Position numbers and translations under genes: made by a program. From a virus (Duplodnaviria; Heunggongvirae; Uroviricota; Caudoviricetes), in IMG/VR virus record IMGVR_UViG_2740892270_000017: DNA of 5,173 bases. One strand, given 5' to 3'. Below the pieces are notes generated by a model that made no database searches, was not told the DNA's origin, and was given only the letters and a program-made list of their open reading frames with translations. Below are positions 1-4,451 of the stretch, piece after piece. Numbering within the stretch: the stretch's first letter is position 1; each line of letters begins with the position of its first letter.

Positions 1-17
1 ATATTGTAGTTAAGATT

Positions 18-675
18 TTACTTTAAACACTGCTCGGTTATGTATTGCTGAGCACCTTCAAGTTGGGCCTGCATCATTACCAGTCGTTCCCGGAGGGTGA
101 AATAATCCCGTTCAGCGGTGTCTGCCAGTCGGGGGGAGGCTGCATTATCCACGCCGGAGGCGGTGGTGGCTTCACGCACTGACTGACAGACTGCTTTGAT
201 GTGCAACCGACGACGACCAGCGGCAACATCATCACGCAGAGCATCATTTTCAGCTTTCGCATCAGCTAACTCCTTCGTGTATTTTGCATCGAGCGCAGCA
301 ACATCACGCTGACGCATCTGCATGTCAGTAATGGTTGCGTTCGCCAGCTTCAGTTCTCTTGCGTTTTTGTCGCGCTGCTCTTTGTAGGTAATGGCGTTAT
401 CACGGTAATGATTAACAGCCCANNNNNNNNNNNNNNNNNNNNNNNNNNNNNNNNNNNNNNNNNNNNNNNNNNNNNNNNNNNNNNNNNNNNNNNNNNNNNN
501 NNNNNNNNNNNNNNNNNNNNNNNNNNNNNNNNNNNNNNNNNNNNNNNNNNNNNNNNNNNNNNTCGCGCTGCTCTTTGTAGGCGATGGCGTTATCACGGTA
601 ATGATTAACAGCCCACGACAGGCAGACGATGATGCAAATAACCAGAGCGGAGATAATCGCGGTTACCCTGCTCAT
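18..675 (-). CDS. Rz: Rz i-spanin (inner-membrane spanin subunit); reading frame interrupted by N run 423-562 flanked by a 53-bp direct repeat
   Basis: Minus-strand translation 563..675 gives [37 protein letters not shown] (N-terminal TM anchor) and 18..422 gives [29 protein letters not shown]...TEQCLK; both match the lambda/21 Rz protein as I recall it. ATG at 675..673 overlaps the endolysin stop TGA 674..672 (ATGA). Stop TAA at 20..18. The two visible pieces are offset by 193 nt (out of frame), so the exact structure across the gap is unresolved. Confidence 0.8.
77..262 (-). CDS. Rz1: Rz1 o-spanin (outer-membrane lipoprotein spanin subunit), embedded in the +1 frame of Rz
   Basis: 61-aa [64 protein letters not shown]: signal peptide with lipobox VVGC, Thr at +2, proline-rich mature part, wholly inside Rz in another frame. 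This is the classic lambda-type Rz/Rz1 architecture. Confidence 0.85.
   Translation of the reverse strand: MRKLKMMLCVMMLPLVVVGCTSKQSVSQCVKPPPPPAWIMQPPPDWQTPLNGIISPSGNDW
370..615. repeat. 53-bp direct repeat (370-422 and 563-615, 2 mismatches) flanking N run 423-562 inside Rz
   Basis: tcgcgctgctctttgtagGTAatggcgttatcacggtaatgattaacagccca (370-422) versus tcgcgctgctctttgtagGCGatggcgttatcacggtaatgattaacagccca (563-615). Both copies encode the [11 protein letters not shown](T/A)YKEQR segment of Rz. Confidence 0.8.
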
Positions 676-1169
676 TGTTGACCCCACAAACAGACTTCAC
701 GCTCAATCTCACGACGGGTCATCAGCCCTTTCCATTGCTTACCGCCAGCATATGTCCAGCGACGTAGCTGATCACATGCGCCTTTGATATCGCCCTGGTT
801 TATTTTGCGAAGAAGCGTCGATGTTCTGAAATTACCAGCACCCACGTTGTAAACGAACGAGTAAAGAGCGCCGCGCGTTGTTTCCGGTATATCGACTTTG
901 ATGTACGGGTTAATTTGTCTGGCGACAGTGGCAAGGTCTTTATTCAAGAGTGTTTTGCATTCTGCTTTGGTATACGTTTTACCGAGCATGATGTCTTTTC
1001 CTGTATGCCCGTGACATACAGTCCATACACCAACAATATCTTTGTATGGTATGTAGCTGACACCTTCCAGACCATCGTTACCACTTGGGCCAGTGATTAA
1101 CACTGATGCTATAGCAATTGCTCCGCCACCAATAGCAGCAGCAACGACTTTTCGTAATGATGGAGGCAT
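672..1169 (-). CDS. R: SAR endolysin (phage-21 R-type lysozyme, GH24 family) with N-terminal signal-anchor-release domain
   Basis: 165-aa [60 protein letters not shown]... has a Gly/Ala-rich weakly hydrophobic N-terminus (SAR domain) followed by Glu35, Asp44 and Thr50 at the positions of the T4-lysozyme-type catalytic triad. Start ATG 1169..1167 overlaps the holin stop TAA 1171..1169 (TAATG). Confidence 0.9.
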   Translation of the reverse strand: MPPSLRKVVAAAIGGGAIAIASVLITGPSGNDGLEGVSYIPYKDIVGVWTVCHGHTGKDIMLGKTYTKAECKTLLNKDLATVARQINPYIKVDIPETTRGALYSFVYNVGAGNFRTSTLLRKINQGDIKGACDQLRRWTYAGGKQWKGLMTRREIEREVCLWGQQ

Positions 1170-1384
1170 TATTCACCTCTCGCAGCCTTGCGCTTATCTT
1201 CTTTAATCTTGAAATAAAGGTTTGTCAGGTACGTCAGCAGGCCAAATACCAGACTACCCAGCACACCGATTGCAGCCCACTGTGACGGAGTTACTCTATC
1301 GAGCAACTGTAAAAACCAGTAGCCAGCACTGCCTGCGGAGGTGCCGTAGGCAATGCCTGTTGAAATTTTGTCCATGGATTTCAT
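1169..1384 (-). CDS. S: Class II holin / pinholin (S21-type) with dual-start motif MKSM (antiholin S71 / holin S68)
   Basis: Translation from ATG 1384..1382 gives [71 protein letters not shown] (71 aa), two TMDs and a charged C-terminus. Strong SD GGAGGTGAGG lies directly upstream (minus strand, 1397..1388). A second Met at codon 4 gives the classic dual start. A pinholin paired with a SAR endolysin is the established phage-21 arrangement. Confidence 0.9.
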   Translation of the reverse strand: MKSMDKISTGIAYGTSAGSAGYWFLQLLDRVTPSQWAAIGVLGSLVFGLLTYLTNLYFKIKEDKRKAARGE

Positions 1385-1486
1385 AGCCTCACCTCCGCAC
1401 GGAACGGATGGCATAGTTATTATGTGTAGGCTTTCAGACACATCAATCAGAGCCTTAATTGATATATATGCTGGAGACGATGCAAT

Positions 1487-1510
1487 ATAAAAAGCTCGCC
1501 GTAGCGAGCT
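1487..1510 (-). terminator. Rho-independent terminator (minus strand) upstream of the holin; candidate tR'-like late terminator
   Basis: Plus 1493-1499 agctcgc pairs with 1504-1510 gcgagct (7-bp stem, loop cgta). On the minus strand the stem is followed immediately by TTTTTATATT (1492..1483). It lies about 105 nt upstream of the S start. Confidence 0.6.
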
Positions 1511-1576
1511 AATAAAATGTATTTCTCTGATATTATGTTTATTTGTATTAGCTCAGACTTGACATCACAGGTTTCG

Positions 1577-1603
1577 TATATAGAACATCATCAAATCTGT
1601 CAG
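1577..1603 (-). promoter_or_regulatory. Candidate promoter (possible late promoter pR'-like) between the second lipoprotein gene and the terminator at 1510..1487
   Basis: Minus strand: cTGACA (1603..1598), 15-nt spacer, TATATA (1582..1577). A transcript from here would reach the 1510..1487 terminator after about 70-80 nt, resembling the short pR'/tR' RNA of lambdoid phages. Weak match; no Q-binding site can be identified by eye. Confidence 0.2.
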
Positions 1604-1635
1604 TTTGCTATGAATGAGATATAGTAATTGAAGAG

Positions 1636-2031
1636 CTAACCTCGCATGTCAAAGCCAGATTTCTGAAAATCTCTGTAGACTTCCGGATTGTTGAAGGCCG
1701 GAAATTTGGCTTTATGAGCTGCGGACTTTATCGCTTCGCAATAGGCTTTATCACCGTTACTGGTAGATATTTTTAACGCCGTGCCATCCTGAGAGAATTC
1801 CATATGCAACCTGCATTTTTTCCCTTTCCAGTTATGCGGCTCATCAAGTTTGGCATTAATTGCAGCTCTGATTCCCCGCGCTTGCGCCCCCCATTCATCC
1901 TGATCATCCCAGCGTCCTGAACTGCAACTACCTGTAGCAGTAGTTTTGTGGCAATCTGAAGGGTGTAAAGGTGTGCATCCCGCAACAAAACCGACCCAAA
2001 AAGTCAACATAACGATTTTCTTTAATCCCAC
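1636..2031 (-). CDS. Lipoprotein with divergent TolA C-terminal (domain III)-like domain; paralog of 2182..2610
   Basis: 131-aa ORF, GTG start at 2031..2029 preceded by SD GAGGAG with 6-nt spacing. Signal peptide MGLKKIVMLTFWVGFVAGC with lipobox VAGC, Thr at +2. C-terminal part ...GKKCRLHMEFSQDGTALKISTSNGDKAYCEAIKSAAHKAKFPAFNNPEVYRDFQKSGFD aligns by eye with the TolA-III-like domain of the neighbouring gene (GK.C.L, GD..C, PEVY.F). Stop TAG 1638..1636. Confidence 0.75.
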   Translation of the reverse strand: MGLKKIVMLTFWVGFVAGCTPLHPSDCHKTTATGSCSSGRWDDQDEWGAQARGIRAAINAKLDEPHNWKGKKCRLHMEFSQDGTALKISTSNGDKAYCEAIKSAAHKAKFPAFNNPEVYRDFQKSGFDMRG

Positions 2032-2181
2032 TTCTTGCTCCTCAATCCATTAAAATCTCAGCAATAGTAGTTGTTACGTCCGCCACTGGCTCAGAGCTGA
2101 CTATCCGCTAAATTTAGCTCAGTGCCGTAGCTGTGTCAGAACAAACCTAAGCCGAAACCGTTTATTACAAAACAATAAATA

Positions 2182-2610
2182 TCAGGGTTTAAAATCCAGC
2201 ACCCCATTTTGAAATACTTTATATACTTCCGGCGAAGGGGGGGCAGGTATATCAGCATTCTTTATCGCATTCATCGCTTCACGACATAAATCGAGGTCTC
2301 CACTTTCTCTTTTAACCTCCAGTAGAAGGCCATTCGGGGCCATATGCATTCTCAGTGTACACTCTTTTCCTGAATACTTACTCGCATCCCCGAACTGTTT
2401 TTCGATGGCGCTCTTGATTTGATGGGCATACAGACGGATATCCTCACTAACATCAGAAGTACGTTCAGATGAACTCACATACTGTGTCTCTATTGCTTTA
2501 TCGGAGTAATATGATGTACGGTCATGATAATTTGTCGATACAGCATCAGTGCACCCGATAATAATCCCACTAATAATCAACGTAAGAATTGATGCGCTAC
2601 GAAAACCCAT
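2182..2610 (-). CDS. Lipoprotein with TolA C-terminal (domain III)-like domain; predicted outer-membrane-anchored periplasmic protein
   Basis: 142-aa ORF, ATG 2610..2608 with SD GAGG upstream. Signal peptide MGFRSASILTLIISGIIIGC with lipobox IIGC, Thr at +2. The C-terminal ~85 aa, YAHQIKSAIEKQFGDASKYSGKECTLRMHMAPNGLLLEVKRESGDLDLCREAMNAIKNADIPAPPSPEVYKVFQNGVLDFKP, closely resemble the C-terminus of E. coli TolA as I recall it (...AGQIKSAIESKFYDASSYAGKTCTLRIKLAPDGMLLDIKPEGGDPALCQAALAAAKLAKIPKPPSQAVYEVFKNAPLDFKP), including the conserved Cys pair. Stop TGA 2184..2182. Confidence 0.85.
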   Translation of the reverse strand: MGFRSASILTLIISGIIIGCTDAVSTNYHDRTSYYSDKAIETQYVSSSERTSDVSEDIRLYAHQIKSAIEKQFGDASKYSGKECTLRMHMAPNGLLLEVKRESGDLDLCREAMNAIKNADIPAPPSPEVYKVFQNGVLDFKP

Positions 2611-2639
2611 TTTTCCTCACATATGTCATATAGTAAAGG

Positions 2640-2669
2640 ATTATATATACCGTTGTTTTGGACGCTCAA
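2640..2669 (-). promoter_or_regulatory. Sigma70-like promoter for the TolA-like lipoprotein gene at 2182..2610
   Basis: Minus strand: -35 TTGAGC (2669..2664), 18-nt spacer, -10 TATAAT (2645..2640) inside GTATATATAAT, about 30 nt upstream of the ATG at 2610. Sequence match only. Confidence 0.45.
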
Positions 2670-2774
2670 ACAGCGAATCAGATCAAATAAAACGCACATT
2701 TGTTAACATTTACACAAAGTCTGCGTGGGATATTCTGAAAGAATATCCATAATGTGGAGAGAATCTATTGAAGT

Positions 2775-2877
2775 GCATGGTGCCGGGTGCCTCCCGGTGA
2801 ACAAAATGTTCGTGATACCTGTCGGCGACAGAAAAGGTTAATGGTATCACCCCACCGCACAGGGGGATTCACCATGC
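2775..2877. repeat. Highly structured imperfect palindromic element, ERIC/IRU-like intergenic repeat (tentative)
   Basis: An outer 8-bp stem, gcatggtg (2775-2782) with caccatgc (2870-2877), encloses four hairpins: ccggg/cccgg (2783-2797), gaaca/tgttc (2799-2811), gtgatacc/ggtatcac (2812-2850) and cccc/gggg (2850-2866). The right end GGGGATTCAC (2863-2872) matches the terminal motif of enterobacterial ERIC repeats as I recall it, and GGGGTGA is nearby on the minus strand. Confidence 0.3.
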
Positions 2878-3200
2878 AGGAGTTTTCTTAGCAAACTCAC
2901 TGCGCGCCCGGCAACTCCCAACCACATAAAATGCGGAGTTTGTGGCATTTATGCATATAACTCGCAGGAATTATCTTAAAAAACTGATGTCGATCCGGAT
3001 TAAAAAGAAGCAGGTCATCATCAGATGACTGGAAAAAAGGAAAACAAAAAATACTCATCATACAGTTTTGATTGCAGGGATGAGCCTGCTATGCACAATA
3101 TGCAGAATATAAGCAAGATAAAAATATGCAGGCATATTATTTCGGATCTTGTTATTAACACAACCTTTTTAATAATCATTTGGCATACAATAAACCAGCC

Positions 3201-3227
3201 CAAAAAGAACCGCCTAAACAGGCGGTT
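3201..3227 (-). terminator. Rho-independent terminator-like hairpin (minus-strand orientation)
   Basis: Plus 3208-3214 aaccgcc pairs with 3221-3227 ggcggtt (7-bp stem, 6-nt loop). On the minus strand the stem is followed by CTTTTTGGG (3207..3199). Confidence 0.5.
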
Positions 3228-3481
3228 GGTCAATACAAAGGATGCTTCGTCTTTATTATAGTAATCTGAGGCGTCGGGTGTCTTGTATCAGACAACATAT
3301 TGTCCCGCTAAACAGCGAATTACAAACCACCCTGCAATGATCTCTCATCTCATTTTATATGAGTTGACGACATCAGGATAACGCATCATCAGCCCCTGCC
3401 AAGAAATATCAAAACTCCCGCCAGCAATGTGTTATCACAATATTGTAAAAAAAACACAGCACCGAAACTATAACTGGTCTC

Positions 3482-3490
3482 TGTTATAAT
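3482..3490 (+). promoter_or_regulatory. Extended -10 promoter element TGtTATAAT on the plus strand (convergent with the Q-like gene)
   Basis: Perfect TGnTATAAT at 3482-3490 with an A8 tract 28-35 nt upstream (3447-3454, UP-like). There is no good -35, which extended -10 promoters do not require. The element sits in the 22-bp spacer of a 9-bp inverted repeat, aactggtct (3471-3479) with agaccagtt (3502-3510). Confidence 0.3.
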
Positions 3491-3496
3491 TTGGAG

Positions 3497-3575
3497 CAGA
3501 AAGACCAGTTGCCCAACTAGCAGCATTCTCCCCTGCTTTCCTGACGTAAAAAAACCGCATTAAGCGGTTTTTTTA
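3497..3575 (+). ncRNA. Candidate ~80-nt small RNA from the extended -10 promoter to the bidirectional terminator; antisense to the region just downstream of the Q-like gene
   Basis: Predicted start about 7 nt downstream of the -10 (around 3497); end at the T7 tract of the 3545-3577 hairpin. No ORF with an RBS lies in between. Prediction only. Confidence 0.2.
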
Positions 3576-3577
3576 CG
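3545..3577. terminator. Strong bidirectional intrinsic terminator (perfect 14-bp palindrome) about 80 nt downstream of the Q-like gene
   Basis: cgtaaaaaaaccgc (3545-3558), loop attaa, gcggtttttttacg (3564-3577). The GC core ccgc/gcgg is flanked by A7 on one side and T7 on the other, giving a U-tract after the stem on either strand. Confidence 0.65.
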
Positions 3578-3654
3578 ATGTCCATGTCTGCAATCCGCCT
3601 CGCGATACAGCTTTGCGAAGCATAGCAAAATTGAAGCAGTTTATACGTAAGAAA

Positions 3655-3994
3655 TCAAGCCATTTTCTCAGCAAATGATTCACGCATGGGAATATATAGG
3701 GCATACTCAGCAACAGCTAACCAATTAGCAATCCGTTTTTCGCATGTGCTAAAACACCACTCTGGGTGTGCATCATTTAGCAATTCAGCCATTTTGCGCT
3801 TAGTCATCCCCCGCCCTTCATAGCGTTGCCGGAGAATGCAAATCAATCCTGGATGCTCTGCCAGCACCTCACTTATGACTCGATCAATACATAACGCCTC
3901 TGCATCAGTACAATGCGCCAGCCAGCTCTTTTGCTTGCCGTTGATCATCTCTCGCAAAAACGCTTCCAGCTCAGCTTTCTCTATTCCCGCTTTT
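3655..3994 (-). CDS. Q-like late-gene regulator (putative antiterminator), C-terminal 113 aa visible; N-terminus lies in N run 3995-4215
   Basis: Visible translation ...KAGIEKAELEAFLREMINGKQKSWLAHCTDAEALCIDRVISEVLAEHPGLICILRQRYEGRGMTKRKMAELLNDAHPEWCFSTCEKRIANWLAVAEYALYIPMRESFAEKMA, stop TGA 3657..3655. It is the last gene after the nin-type genes and before the moron/lysis region, which is the Q position in lambdoid phages, and has an HTH-like segment (GMTKRKMAELLN). The assignment rests on synteny; I cannot confirm the family from memory. Confidence 0.45.
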
Positions 3995-4215
3995 NNNNNN
4001 NNNNNNNNNNNNNNNNNNNNNNNNNNNNNNNNNNNNNNNNNNNNNNNNNNNNNNNNNNNNNNNNNNNNNNNNNNNNNNNNNNNNNNNNNNNNNNNNNNNN
4101 NNNNNNNNNNNNNNNNNNNNNNNNNNNNNNNNNNNNNNNNNNNNNNNNNNNNNNNNNNNNNNNNNNNNNNNNNNNNNNNNNNNNNNNNNNNNNNNNNNNN
4201 NNNNNNNNNNNNNNN

Positions 4216-4451
4216 TTCAGCATGCATCAGGCGCAATTCTTCTTTGGTGTAATCGCTGGTTTTTACCCGCCCGTCGATTAGATCGTGGCATGAGCTACAG
4301 GCTATCGCCGCCTGCATATCATGTGGTTTTGTCGCTGTTCCGCACGTCCCCGCCAGCCTGTAATGCGCCAGCACAGAGGTTTCGGGATTGTGATTGCAGT
4401 AGCCAGGGATTCTGATCTGGCACATCTGGCCTTTAGCCGCTTTACGTAAAT
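4216..4451 (-). CDS. YbcO-like (DUF1364) Cys-rich putative nuclease, internal fragment; both ends lie in N runs
   Basis: Visible translation LRKAAKGQMCQIRIPGYCNHNPETSVLAHYRLAGTCGTATKPHDMQAAIACSSCHDLIDGRVKTSDYTKEELRLMHAE resembles E. coli DLP12 YbcO as I recall it (MADLRKAARGRECQVRIPGVCNGNPETSVLAH...IACSACHD...), including the C-x-C...C-x-x-C pattern. The start should be about 3 codons into gap 4452-4672 and the end in gap 3995-4215. Confidence 0.7.

Noticed and set aside
408-608. 66-aa plus-strand ORF spanning the N run
   Set aside because: Consists almost entirely of masked N codons, antisense to Rz; not supportable.
915-1100. 61-aa plus-strand ORF
   Set aside because: Lies entirely antisense within the well-supported endolysin gene; no RBS; typical shadow ORF.
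1773-1988. 71-aa minus-strand ORF
   Set aside because: Alternative frame inside the TolA-like lipoprotein gene 1636..2031; no independent start signals.
2107-2118. Perfect 12-bp palindrome GCTAAATTTAGC in the spacer between the two lipoprotein genes
   Set aside because: About one such palindrome is expected by chance in a 5-kb window; no second half-site or promoter overlap to support an operator.
2549-2752. 67-aa plus-strand ORF
   Set aside because: Antisense to the start and promoter region of the 2182..2610 gene; no SD; composition typical of an AT-rich shadow ORF.
3021-3261. Two overlapping small ORFs in the AT-rich spacer (3021..3233 minus, 70 aa, TTG start; 3025..3261 plus, 78 aa, ATG with weak AGGT 9 nt upstream)
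   Set aside because: Both are low-complexity translations of the most AT-rich stretch, overlap each other antisense and run through the 3201-3227 terminator hairpin; there is no homology I recognise. The plus-strand one has a hydrophobic segment and could conceivably be a small membrane protein, but the evidence is insufficient to call it.
2668-3327. Shared 11-mer aaacagcgaat at about 2668-2680 and 3308-3320
   Set aside because: A few 11-mer coincidences are expected by chance in 5 kb; the flanks do not extend the match.
2753-3540. Search for tRNA genes (as found between Q and stx in Stx phages)
   Set aside because: No GTTCGAATC-type T-loop with matching acceptor stem on either strand. The only cloverleaf-like structure (2775-2877) is about 100 nt, has four internal hairpins and lacks tRNA invariants; it is better explained as an ERIC-like repeat.
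3836-4281. Plus-strand ORFs 3836..4252, 3913..4281 and minus-strand 3981..4223
   Set aside because: Mostly N codons and/or antisense to the Q-like and YbcO-like genes.
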